IMG/VR virus record: IMGVR_UViG_3300025012_000028
Span: 124,001-188,000 of that record
DNA length: 64,000 nucleotides
Direction: 5' to 3' (one strand)
Shown: piece by piece, positions 20,150 through 29,412 of the stretch
Layout: every line of letters starts with the position of its first letter
Position numbering within the stretch: position 1 is the first letter of the stretch
Made by a program: the position numbers and the translations under genes
Notes under the pieces: model-generated
Databases searched by the model: none
What the model saw: only the letters and a program-made list of their open reading frames with translations
What the model was told of the DNA's origin: nothing

Positions 20150-21079
20150 ATGAAAGATAAAACATATTATATCATTTACGAAACTACAAATTTATTAAAT
20201 GGTAAAAAATATAGGGGAGCGCATAAAACTAAAAATATAAATGATGGGTATATGGGGAGTGGTGTGATAATTAATCAAGCAATTTTGAAATATGGAAAAG
20301 AAAATTTTGAAACAATTCATTTAGCATATGCGTTATCATATGATGATCTTTTTTGGTTAGAAGAATATGTTTTCGTGACTAAAGAATGGGTTGATTTGCC
20401 ACATTCTTATAATTTAAGAGTGGGTGGATGTGGCAAATATTACGAAGAACAAACTAAACAAACATGTTTAGACAAATATGGGGTTGAATTCTATTCCCAA
20501 ACTGAAGAATGTAAACTTAAGAAAATTAACACATGTTTAGAAAAATATGGAGTTGAATTCTATGTTCAAACCGAAGATTTTAAGTTGATAATGAAAAATA
20601 AATACAGCGAAGATAACCCACATCCCTTAACTGGCAGGCCAGTTTTACCAGAAACAAAAGAAAAACTCAGAATCGCAAATTTAGGAAAAGTCACGTCAGA
20701 AGAAACCAAAGCAAAAATAAGCGTAAAATCTTCTGGTAAAAACAACCCTAATTATGGTATTAAACATACAAATGAGACTAAAGAAAAATGTAGCAAAGTA
20801 AATCAAAAATATGAATATAAACTAATTTCACCTAATGGTGAAATTTTCACAACTTTATCATTATTTAATTTTTGTGCCGCAAATGAACTGGATAGAAATG
20901 CATTTAGAAATATTCTTAGGGTTGGTAGAACGACCGTAGAATGTCCCAAAAATGTTACACAATGTAGTAAGTTAAGATTTAATACTACTGGATGGTCGAT
21001 AGAAGAAATGGAGATTATCCCAACTTCACCCAAAGCAAAGTATCCAAGAGAGAAATCATCAATTCCACTCCGTTGGTAA
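20150..21079 (+). mobile_element. GIY-YIG (Seg-like) homing endonuclease with NUMOD3 repeats
   Basis: YIIYETTNLLNGKKYRGAH...DGYMGSG...AILKYGKENF...E...YNL.VGG; ETKEKL / ETKAKIS / G.NNPNYG repeats; likely ATG at 20150 after GAGG. Confidence 0.85.
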
Positions 21080-21652
21080 ATTCCAAACTTCTATTTTATC
21101 TTTTGGTTTAACTACTTTCGAATTGGTGATCAGTTTCATATTGAATAGAACAACCATTCTTTCTCCCCACCCAAATGCGTTATCAACAATTGAATAGTCC
21201 ACACCATGTTGCACTAAGAACCGTCTCAAATTGTTACTGTCGGATGGTTTGATTGCTTCATAGTTGACCATTATGTTTATGAAGATGACTGCGCTAATTC
21301 TATCTTTGTAATTATATTTTGATGCTGCCACTAAAACTTCTTTCCGTTTAGATTTGATACAGTAATATTTCACAAAATCATCGATGGCATGAAAAGGAAT
21401 TGAGGCTTCTTTAGCATCCACACCCTTTTGAATTGTGACAAGATATAACTTCCTACTTCCCTTTTTATATTTCTCTACCACATTATATGAAGTAGTCAGA
21501 TATAAACCGGGAGCAAATTGGAATCTACCTTTCTTCTGAATATAATTTTCATCGGGACCATAATCTAAATTGCCCCCATGCCAGAAAGAAAGAGTATTGG
21601 GTTCTGTAGATGGGGAAATGAGATCTTCGAAGATGGTTTTATATGATATCAT
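21059..21652 (-). CDS. leader-tagged putative internal head protein, ART-like domain
   Basis: MISYKTIFE leader; FWHGG...GRFQFAPGLYLTT...KLYLV...GVDYSIV...VVLFN. Confidence 0.65.
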   Translation of the reverse strand: MISYKTIFEDLISPSTEPNTLSFWHGGNLDYGPDENYIQKKGRFQFAPGLYLTTSYNVVEKYKKGSRKLYLVTIQKGVDAKEASIPFHAIDDFVKYYCIKSKRKEVLVAASKYNYKDRISAVIFINIMVNYEAIKPSDSNNLRRFLVQHGVDYSIVDNAFGWGERMVVLFNMKLITNSKVVKPKDKIEVWNLPTEWN

Positions 21653-22236
21653 TCGGTTTCCTCGTTACAAAACTTTACCCAATCTTCAACACTGTTCAAA
21701 TGTTCTTTAAGCTCATATAAATCATTTATCACAAAAACCCATTGTCGCATACCGATACAATAACAGAGATGTCTACAGAGATATTGTGCTCTATTATAAC
21801 TATCAAGAGCCATATGAGATTTACCATAATCTTTGAGTCTCTGATATAATGCACGTCTGAAATCATTTTCAGTGGGATATTTTTCTAAGAACTTCTCTCT
21901 GTTCTCACTCCTGTTGATTCTATAATCATAATTATTGGAAATGTTTTCTTCCATCTCACGTTCAAACCCATAACTGTCCGTGAGATACTTCAGAACTTTA
22001 TTGACTTTATCCTTACAATATTCATAACCATGTGTATCCCACATGATTCTTTGAAATGCTCGGTTAATAATATCCCCTGCGTGTTCGACTACTGGATTAA
22101 GGACACCACCACCCATCAACATCTGAACCTTTAACATTAAATCTTCGGGTTCACCACGTTGATCTAAAGCTATCTGTATGCTTTTGGCTTTAAAAGAATC
22201 ATCTGATTCAGACAAATATTCCCTAAAAGAAATCAC
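21649..22236 (-). CDS. leader-tagged putative internal head protein, unknown helical domain
   Basis: GTG start MISFREYLSE; 4-nt overlaps on both sides. Confidence 0.7.
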   Translation of the reverse strand: MISFREYLSESDDSFKAKSIQIALDQRGEPEDLMLKVQMLMGGGVLNPVVEHAGDIINRAFQRIMWDTHGYEYCKDKVNKVLKYLTDSYGFEREMEENISNNYDYRINRSENREKFLEKYPTENDFRRALYQRLKDYGKSHMALDSYNRAQYLCRHLCYCIGMRQWVFVINDLYELKEHLNSVEDWVKFCNEETE

Positions 22237-22913
22237 GCTGCCTCCAAATAACCCGGTTTAGTATACTTAGCCAGAGCCGGATTCTGATCATCTACAATAA
22301 TTTCATCTAATACATTCAATTCGTCTGGATCGTGCCACGGATCGATACACACTATCATACCATCAGAAGGACGCTCCATGAAATTCCCAACGTGAATATC
22401 CAGCCTACCGAATTCTCTTCCCTCTTCCATCTTTAACATTGCGTTTCTGAGACTCGGACCTTGAGGAAACATATCTTTATTCTTCTCTGCTCTTCTACCA
22501 ACCCGACCCACGAACCATTCATCCTGTACATCCATAATTACTTGATCAACGAATGTCTCATTACCTTCCGACATAGGTTCAAGCTTTTCTAATTTGACCA
22601 ACTTAATCAATTCGTCTTTACGGGAACGTCTATGGAAAGCAGGAATGGTTTTCATTCGCCCCAACACTCTAGGAAAATGGGGATTGTTTCTGTTCTCGGA
22701 TTTGAGAATATATCTAAGGAAGGATTCATAAGACTGATCTAAAGTCCAAACCTTGATCACATAGTTCTTACTTGGTATTTCAAAAACCTGTGAGTGAGCA
22801 CCACTACCCACTTCTCTCCACTTAAGTTTCTTGAAAAGATTTTTGAGGGAATTGGCACCATAGAATTTCTTCACATTGTATAACTCTAATAAAAATTGTT
22901 TGAAAGAAATCAT
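22233..22913 (-). CDS. leader-tagged protein-kinase-like enzyme
   Basis: MISFKQFLLE leader; VGSGAHSQVF glycine loop, VIK lysine, LEKL, DIHVGNFM catalytic loop, CIDP metal-binding motif. Confidence 0.8.
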   Translation of the reverse strand: MISFKQFLLELYNVKKFYGANSLKNLFKKLKWREVGSGAHSQVFEIPSKNYVIKVWTLDQSYESFLRYILKSENRNNPHFPRVLGRMKTIPAFHRRSRKDELIKLVKLEKLEPMSEGNETFVDQVIMDVQDEWFVGRVGRRAEKNKDMFPQGPSLRNAMLKMEEGREFGRLDIHVGNFMERPSDGMIVCIDPWHDPDELNVLDEIIVDDQNPALAKYTKPGYLEAA

Positions 22914-22940
22914 AGGTTTGTCCTTTGAGATAATTTCTTT

Positions 22941-22948
22941 TATTTATA
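22941..22948 (-). promoter_or_regulatory. T4-type late promoter TATAAATA
   Basis: Exact consensus about 27 nt upstream of the first array gene. Confidence 0.8.
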
Positions 22949-22950
22949 TA

Positions 22951-22986
22951 AAACAAAAGGATGAAGCTTTCACTTCATCCTTTTGT
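22951..22986 (-). terminator. intrinsic terminator
   Basis: ACAAAAGGATGAAG...CTTCATCCTTTTGT hairpin after 22987..23562. Confidence 0.8.
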
Positions 22987-23562
22987 CTATTTAGCGTTAT
23001 ATACTACACAACTTCGGGTTTCTTGAGGGTAGACCGGACAAGTTTTATCTGCTTTCAAACATGTATAACAAAGAGATTTCAGTTCGTACTCAACAAAATT
23101 TTTAGCGATGTTTTTCAGTTCAAACAAACCTTTTGTATTGTCTACATAATAATCATAGTTGTAATTAGCAACTCGATCATCCGATACATTTCCTAAAACT
23201 CTTTCACCAAATCTCTCTACCAACATTGTCTTTGCGTCTGGATACCAAGATTTGAATTTATCTATCTCTTCTGGTTCCCGAATATGAACAAAAATATGGT
23301 GTGTTTTTGGAAGTACATCTATAAACTCCACTAGATAACTTATAGGACCATTATAGAATTCAGTCGAAAGTTTCTTTAGTTCAGATAAAAACAATCTACC
23401 ATGTTCATCTTTAACAGAATCCCATCCCAATAACTCTGCGGCTTCTTTAACTCTATCTACTGATGAAAGGTTATTGACCATACCAAAATCAAATTCTTCC
23501 TGAACATATTCTATGAATTGATCTTTCCCAGACCCGCCCTGTCCATTTATGATGATGATCAT
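22987..23562 (-). CDS. deoxynucleoside monophosphate kinase-like P-loop protein
   Basis: INGQGGSGKD Walker A, GWD..KD..GR.FL, HIREPEEI and YDYYVDN motifs; next to dUTPase. Confidence 0.7.
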   Translation of the reverse strand: MIIIINGQGGSGKDQFIEYVQEEFDFGMVNNLSSVDRVKEAAELLGWDSVKDEHGRLFLSELKKLSTEFYNGPISYLVEFIDVLPKTHHIFVHIREPEEIDKFKSWYPDAKTMLVERFGERVLGNVSDDRVANYNYDYYVDNTKGLFELKNIAKNFVEYELKSLCYTCLKADKTCPVYPQETRSCVVYNAK

Positions 23563-24006
23563 TTACACCCCCGAATGACCATGACCACCAGCACCACGTT
23601 CCGATTCGGAGAGTTCGTCCGATTCGATAAATTTAATTGTAGGTTTGGGGAGAATAATCATCTGAGCCATTCTATCACCAACCTGATATTCTTTGCCCCT
23701 GTGAGCGTCAAATTTGGGCTTGAAGCGCACTGTCACGTTTCCTCGATACCCAGAGTCGATCACACCAGAAGTTGAGAAAATAAGGTCATATTTAGAGACA
23801 GAACTTCTAGGCCAGATCTTACCAAAGTAACCTTCGGGAATTTCAAATGCTAGATCGGTTGTATATTCGATATAATCTGAAGTCTCATTAATATCAGCAG
23901 CGACCAAATCAAAACATGCATCATCATGTTTTGCGTACTCAGGAATTACAGCTTTATCAGACAACCTTTTGATCTTCACCACCAACGCTTTTTTGCAATT
24001 ACACAT
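23563..24006 (-). CDS. dut: trimeric dUTPase
   Basis: ACFDL, PRSS, GVIDSGYRG, GDRMAQ and RGAGGHGHSG motifs. Confidence 0.92.
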   Translation of the reverse strand: MCNCKKALVVKIKRLSDKAVIPEYAKHDDACFDLVAADINETSDYIEYTTDLAFEIPEGYFGKIWPRSSVSKYDLIFSTSGVIDSGYRGNVTVRFKPKFDAHRGKEYQVGDRMAQMIILPKPTIKFIESDELSESERGAGGHGHSGV

Positions 24007-24021
24007 TCAATTCTTCTCCTT

Positions 24022-24651
24022 TTAGTTTCTGAACCACACAATATGTTTATCATCCAGAACATGAGTCTTAACTACATTCGACCCATGCCAATCACCCATA
24101 TCATCCACATCCTCATTTTTATGTTGTCTTAGATCAAAGCCGGTTCCATCTTCTTTTTTGATCATGATACAACCCTGATCCAACATCAACCTATCAATGA
24201 TTGCTGCTTGACCATAATAGTAAATCTTCCTACCAACTTCAGATTCAGGATCGAAGTAATTAAAAGGGTGCTCACTCATTTCAAAGGTACGATACTGCGC
24301 TTTGGAAAAGGCATAAGCTATATCTCCAAATCCAAATTCATCGACCTGCCTGTTATTCAGAAAGATTTCAACGTATCCAGTTTTCCTAATATCCCAATCG
24401 TCCCATTTATATTTGAGAGTATTTCCTTGTTTAATTCGAATATCCCATGCTGCTCGATTGGTTCCCTTATCGATGAACGGAATCCAATCTACTGATACTT
24501 CTTCATCTTCATCCTCACGCCCAACATATTTGAGCCACCACGTTTCGGGACAACCATTCCATTTGCCCAATTCATGTAAATGTTCTGGACGATCCCAAAC
24601 ACCAGTGAGTCGCCCATTCACCACAATATCAAAAATTTTTCTTTCTTTCAA
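24022..24651 (-). CDS. hypothetical protein
   Basis: 209-aa ORF with GGAGG RBS. Confidence 0.65.
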   Translation of the reverse strand: MKERKIFDIVVNGRLTGVWDRPEHLHELGKWNGCPETWWLKYVGREDEDEEVSVDWIPFIDKGTNRAAWDIRIKQGNTLKYKWDDWDIRKTGYVEIFLNNRQVDEFGFGDIAYAFSKAQYRTFEMSEHPFNYFDPESEVGRKIYYYGQAAIIDRLMLDQGCIMIKKEDGTGFDLRQHKNEDVDDMGDWHGSNVVKTHVLDDKHIVWFRN

Positions 24652-24823
24652 TTTATTTCCTCCACATTTTCATAAATAATTTCGATAAAATCATCAAAGG
24701 TGATTTCATCACAGTGCATTTCAATCTTATCTGTAAGATAAATTGTATAAGGTTTTTCCAAATGTTCTGAGTAGCTGTACTTAAAAATGGGAGCACCGTT
24801 GGGAGCATACAAAACAAAATCGT

Positions 24824-25593
24824 TCATGTGTTTTCTCCGTTGTGAAAGTTATAGATAGCGTCTGCCAATTTGTCTGGATTGATAATATCCTCATCAAAAC
24901 TCCATCCTTTCCAACCTCCAACTAAACAATAATCCCTTCGAAAATCGTTCCACCAATTTTGTTTCTGAGCAAATTTCCAAAGTTTACCAAAATTTTCCCA
25001 CGTTGAAAAATTCATTTTGTAAAATGAAGGTGTATATGAAACTTCAAACCCACACCTCAAACACACGTATTTATCATACCGTTCTTGAAAAGTTGGTCCT
25101 TCGTGTGAATATTCGTCGTGCCAACATTCACCCACCAATTCTGTTAAGAATTTATCTCTATCAGACTTTTCAGACATGGCTTCTCCTTCAAGAAATTGAA
25201 AACCTTATTAGCAAATTTATCTGGATCAATCTCTTTAAGAAAAAGAGATTGATATTTTATACAAACTGGATTTAAACCAAGAGCGGTATATGGTTTTTCT
25301 TTGTCCTGATCTAATATTGCTCCGATAACATGATGGTCTTGTTGCTTCAGCCAATTGAGTAGTTTAAAGAAACCATCCGGTGTGGAGAAATCATTCTTCT
25401 GTCTAAATTGAACATTGTTTTTATCATCCCAAGGGTGAATATGATAACTGTATTCCCCACACTTGCAGATATGAACAATTTCATTATCGTGATATGGTAT
25501 GGAATGATCCGATTCGTGCCAGCAATCACCAATCAACCTAGTCAGAAATTTCTCTCTTTCAACATTGGAATAAAGTTCACTGTCTGGAATCAT
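24824..25593 (-). CDS. two tandem paralogous hypothetical proteins (24824-25177 and 25144-25593)
   Basis: Shared R.KFLT.L.G.CWH, CxxCG/CxCG, FST...F.KL and I.PDK.A....NF motifs. Confidence 0.7.
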
Positions 25594-26390
25594 TTCAACT
25601 TACCTCCTTTTAATTTGCAATTATTGCCATGCCACCTTAAATAATTTGTCTTATTACTTTCTTTGTTGCAAAACTCACATATAAATTTTTTCCCAATTAC
25701 ATTTGTAAAATTTTGATTTTCTCTTAGTATTTTATATATCTTACTAAGTTTAAGATTAAATTTTTCTGATATTATTTCTGCACATATATTTTTATTTTTC
25801 ATATCGACAATTTCATCTATAATTAGCTGTGGTACATATATAGTTTTAGAAGTTCTTAAAAAATTAAGAACTTCTTCTGTATGTTTTTTGCCATAAAAAG
25901 GATTCAATTTCCCTTTTTTGCCGTACATAGAGTTTTTAACTCCACTGTTATCTTCTGATTGTTTTTTTCTAAAATCATCTGATCTTTTTTTGCCTATATG
26001 TAAAACTCCTTTATAATTAGGATTCTTTTCACCTTTCATATTATCAGATAATATTTTTATGTGAGAAGGTGCAAGTAGTTTACCTTTTTTGAGATCGGAC
26101 ACCAATTTGGAGTGTTCCGTTTTTATCCATTCGTATGTTCTATTTGTATATTTTTTCTTATTACAATACATCATCATATTTGCTGCAAATATTAAAGAAG
26201 GTGTTTTGTGACTTTTGGCTAATAATAAGTGTGCTATAAAATGTTCTCTGGCCTTCAATCTAACTATATTTTCTTTTGTATTTGTACCACCCATACATTT
26301 TGGTATAATGTGATGCCTTTCTCCATATCCTATAAACGTTTTTGTTTTACGAGTCTCTATAAGTTGATTATAAATTTTCAGATAGTTCAT
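25590..26390 (-). mobile_element. HNH (Mob-like) homing endonuclease with NUMOD3 repeats
   Basis: MNYLKIY..LI...ERHHIIPKCMGG...EN...L.AREHFIAH.LL; GEKNPNY and NPFYGKKHTEE repeats; RWHGNNCK tail. Confidence 0.88.
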
Positions 26391-26430
26391 AACTACATTC
26401 CCCTTTTTGTGGTTGATGTAGTTATTTATA
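26389..26430 (-). promoter_or_regulatory. late promoter plus RBS-sequestering hairpin of the HNH gene
   Basis: TATAAATA at 26423-26430; perfect 10-bp stem ATAACTACAT/ATGTAGTTAT enclosing the RBS and reaching the start codon. Confidence 0.75.
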
Positions 26431-26431
26431 A

Positions 26432-26827
26432 TCATTTTTTCACCCCTCTATTTTCAAAGAAAAAAATGATGTATTGCATTTCTTCTTTTGAAATAAGTTC
26501 GTGGTACATCTTGGCTGTTGTTTGGTTTACCTGAAAATGCTCCATCAGGTATTGTATTTCCTGTTCTTTCTTGGGTTTGGTACAATTCCAAGGGATATAC
26601 TTTCCCTTGCCCTTGTTGTCAATCTCAGGCAAACCATGATACAAACAATCATAATGCATACGATCATCCATTGGTTTGCTTAATTCACACGCAAGGAAAA
26701 CCAATGACTGGTCGTTACTCATAATCTTACCCATCATCCATTGTGAATAACCTGACAACTCTTCATTGGAAAGGTGCGGCTTCTTGGTAAAACACATCTT
26801 CATTACATCGAATGGTGAAAGTGACAT
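26432..26827 (-). CDS. 62: clamp loader small subunit (gp62-like)
   Basis: SPFD....F..K, Y..WM....S, MHYD.LY..L and YL.EHF.VN...A..Y pattern; close to gp44/gp45. Confidence 0.7.
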   Translation of the reverse strand: MSLSPFDVMKMCFTKKPHLSNEELSGYSQWMMGKIMSNDQSLVFLACELSKPMDDRMHYDCLYHGLPEIDNKGKGKYIPWNCTKPKKEQEIQYLMEHFQVNQTTAKMYHELISKEEMQYIIFFFENRGVKK

Positions 26828-27402
26828 TATTCATCCCCAAATATGATGGTACTGATTTGACTTCTAATAATGATTTGATTTTGGTTTTTTCTACCACTGT
26901 CCTCAAAACTTAATTTAAAAGTGGCGGGTCCAGTTGGATTGTAGAACCATTCAAAAAACTTTTGAAATGATTCCTTATCAGGACTATTCCAATAATATCT
27001 CTTACCACCCACCATATCCACAATCAAATAGAAAGAAACCTTTTCTTCAACAGGTTCGGTTTCTTTTGTCTCTTTTCTCCACCAATACATTCAAGCCTCC
27101 AAATAATACAATTTATTTTTCAACCACCGATTTTCTTCTTCGTAGAATTTTATTTCTTTATGAGTATCGTCTATTTTTTGTTCTAAATCATAATTTTTAT
27201 CGGTAAGGGTTCTTATGTCATATTCCGTCCATTTTAGTTCTTCTTCTACATCTTCTTTATTTCCCAAACACCAATTTAAAAGCTGATGAATAATTTCGTA
27301 TGGGTCTTCGTCCCGGTATCTCCCACAATTCCAACGGTGTTCAAACTCTATGATAGTGTTTCCTATAATTTCCATAATTTCTCCTCGACAATAATTCATC
27401 AT
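26827..27402 (-). CDS. two hypothetical proteins (26827-27090, 27091-27402)
   Basis: Coupled ORFs; TAGACC-17-TATGAT promoter-like site upstream. Confidence 0.55.
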
Positions 27403-27436
27403 ACCGCAATTTTTGATGGTGGTCTATTTTTATTTT

Positions 27437-27444
27437 TATAAATA
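27437..27444 (+). promoter_or_regulatory. T4-type late promoter TATAAATA
   Basis: Exact consensus upstream of the plus-strand membrane gene. Confidence 0.7.
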
Positions 27445-27492
27445 AAGTTGATGAATGACAATTCATCCCTATCCCACTCCCAAGAGGTCCAC

Positions 27493-27984
27493 ATGGAAAA
27501 TGATGAATTGTTCCAAATTAAAACTGATATAGCAGACCTGAGAGCTAATGTGAATACAATCAAATCTGACATTTCAGAGATGAAACATAGTGTTTCAGGT
27601 GCTATGGAAAAGATATCCGATTCGTCGGTTCGAATGGCAACAGTTTTGGAAAAGTTAAATCATAACATTGAAGAACATAAAATCATTCATAAACGCATCG
27701 ATGATCAAAAAATTAATATAGAATATATTGAAGATGATGTAGAAACTCTCAAAACTACATGTAAAATTTGTCAAGAAACCACAAAGATCAGATCACAGAC
27801 TGAGCAAAATTCCCCTTGGACACTAGCAAAAAATAAAGCCATTGAGTATCTAACCATCGGTATTGTTTTGTTAATTTTCTTTATTATGTATATTAATTTG
27901 GATCGCTTCGTTAAGAGTTATTTTCCGGTTGCTGATTTACCGGAACAGACAGATGTGAATCAACACCACAAACCTAAAAGGTAA
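27493..27984 (+). CDS. late coiled-coil protein with a C-terminal TM helix (holin/XhlA-like candidate)
   Basis: Heptad coiled coil, HKRIDD, TM segment YLTIGIVLLIFFIMYI; ATG at 27493 after GAGG. Confidence 0.5.
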   Translation: MENDELFQIKTDIADLRANVNTIKSDISEMKHSVSGAMEKISDSSVRMATVLEKLNHNIEEHKIIHKRIDDQKINIEYIEDDVETLKTTCKICQETTKIRSQTEQNSPWTLAKNKAIEYLTIGIVLLIFFIMYINLDRFVKSYFPVADLPEQTDVNQHHKPKR

Positions 27985-28021
27985 GAAAGCTGGTTAGAAT
28001 TTTCTAACCAGCTTTTCTTTT
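27984..28021. terminator. bidirectional intrinsic terminator
   Basis: AAAGCTGGTTAGAA...TTCTAACCAGCTTT between convergent genes. Confidence 0.8.
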
Positions 28022-28987
28022 TTATCTCCACTTCGCCTCTTTCATCAGAGTGACGGCACAACATACACACGCCAATTCTTTATCATTACTCATTCCTGCT
28101 TTCCACTGCCAATCCCCGATGGTCAGAATAACGTCTGGTTTGGACTCATCTTTCAGATGTGGTTCTATCACATGATAAAGAACAGAAAAGAAGTTCATGA
28201 AATCCACTTCAGAAATAATCTTCCTGACACTATTGAACTTCTTGTTCTTCATCTCTTCAACTAGATCCTCTATCTTGGACGAATCGGAAGCGGAAAGAAT
28301 CTTTTCGTCCACACACCCATTCATCTTGACCAACATCTGAAGCTTGTTCAGAGTTTTGCGGAAATCAGGATAGTGTTTCTGAACGAACTCAGCCAGTACC
28401 TTCTTTTCGTATGGTACTTTCTCGTTGTCCAGAATCCAACACAACCTTTTGAAGTAAGCTTTCATCATGCTTACAGATTCTTCTGTTGCGAAATTGAAAT
28501 TGATATGTCTACCACAACGAGACTGTAAAGCTTCATTGATCCTAGAAACGTTATTGGTAGTGAAGATAAACCGACAGTTCTTCTCCGCAACTTCAATCAG
28601 AGATTTCAGAGCGTTCTGAGCACCAGCACCATTGACATTATCAGTAAGACATTCGGCCTCATCTAAAATTACAACTTTCTTAGCTTGTTCCAAAGAAAAA
28701 GTTGTGGCAAACTGCTCAACCTGATTCCTAATAACTTCGATTTTATTATCTTTGGATGCGTTAATGTAAAGATATTCCGCCCCCACATCACTACACAGAG
28801 CGCGAGCTACAGATGTTTTACCCCTTCCCGCCGTACCGGAAAGTAGCATGTTATCTATCTCACCGGACGCCACCATATCCAGAAAGTATTTCTTTTCCTT
28901 TTCGGGAAGAATCAGATCCTTTACAGTCATGGGCTGATATTTATATTCCCACAAAGAAGAAGTTCCAATTGATTGCATTTCACTCAT
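28022..28987 (-). CDS. 44: clamp loader large subunit (gp44-like AAA+)
   Basis: LWEYKYQP, GTAGRGKT, INAS, ILDEAE, NCRFIFTTN, LQSRC and YPDFRKTLN motifs. Confidence 0.92.
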   Translation of the reverse strand: MSEMQSIGTSSLWEYKYQPMTVKDLILPEKEKKYFLDMVASGEIDNMLLSGTAGRGKTSVARALCSDVGAEYLYINASKDNKIEVIRNQVEQFATTFSLEQAKKVVILDEAECLTDNVNGAGAQNALKSLIEVAEKNCRFIFTTNNVSRINEALQSRCGRHINFNFATEESVSMMKAYFKRLCWILDNEKVPYEKKVLAEFVQKHYPDFRKTLNKLQMLVKMNGCVDEKILSASDSSKIEDLVEEMKNKKFNSVRKIISEVDFMNFFSVLYHVIEPHLKDESKPDVILTIGDWQWKAGMSNDKELACVCCAVTLMKEAKWR

Positions 28988-29412
28988 TATTCAGCACCCT
29001 CTTCCATAATTCTCTTCCTAGTCTCGGTCCACTCGACAATCTCGATGCCGTTGACACAAACAATACTATTATCTGGACCCATCAGACCCAAACAGTATTC
29101 TCCCTCTTTCATATCGGTTCCGTAAAATTCCCAACCGGTAGGATATCCGTGTTTATCGAAGGTTCCAATTTTAGAAATTTTCATGAATTAATAATCTCCC
29201 TCACCTTTTTAAAAGTTGGTAAATCACACATTTTGTTCCACTCTTCAGGAGTAGTGCAACAAAGATACATTTCATATTCCCACTTCCTCAGATATTCCTT
29301 CTGCGCTTCCAAGGAAAGCATTTCAAATTCCCACGATGAAAGATATTCAAAGGATGTGGGTTCGTCGGGGAAGTGAACGAATCTCACTTCCCCGCCAATT
29401 GATCTGACTTCT

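Noticed and set aside
14168-22913. CRISPR-like or integron-like DNA repeat array
   Set aside because: The repeats are conserved as peptide with synonymous DNA variation. There are no identical direct repeats, attC-like palindromes, cas genes or integrase.
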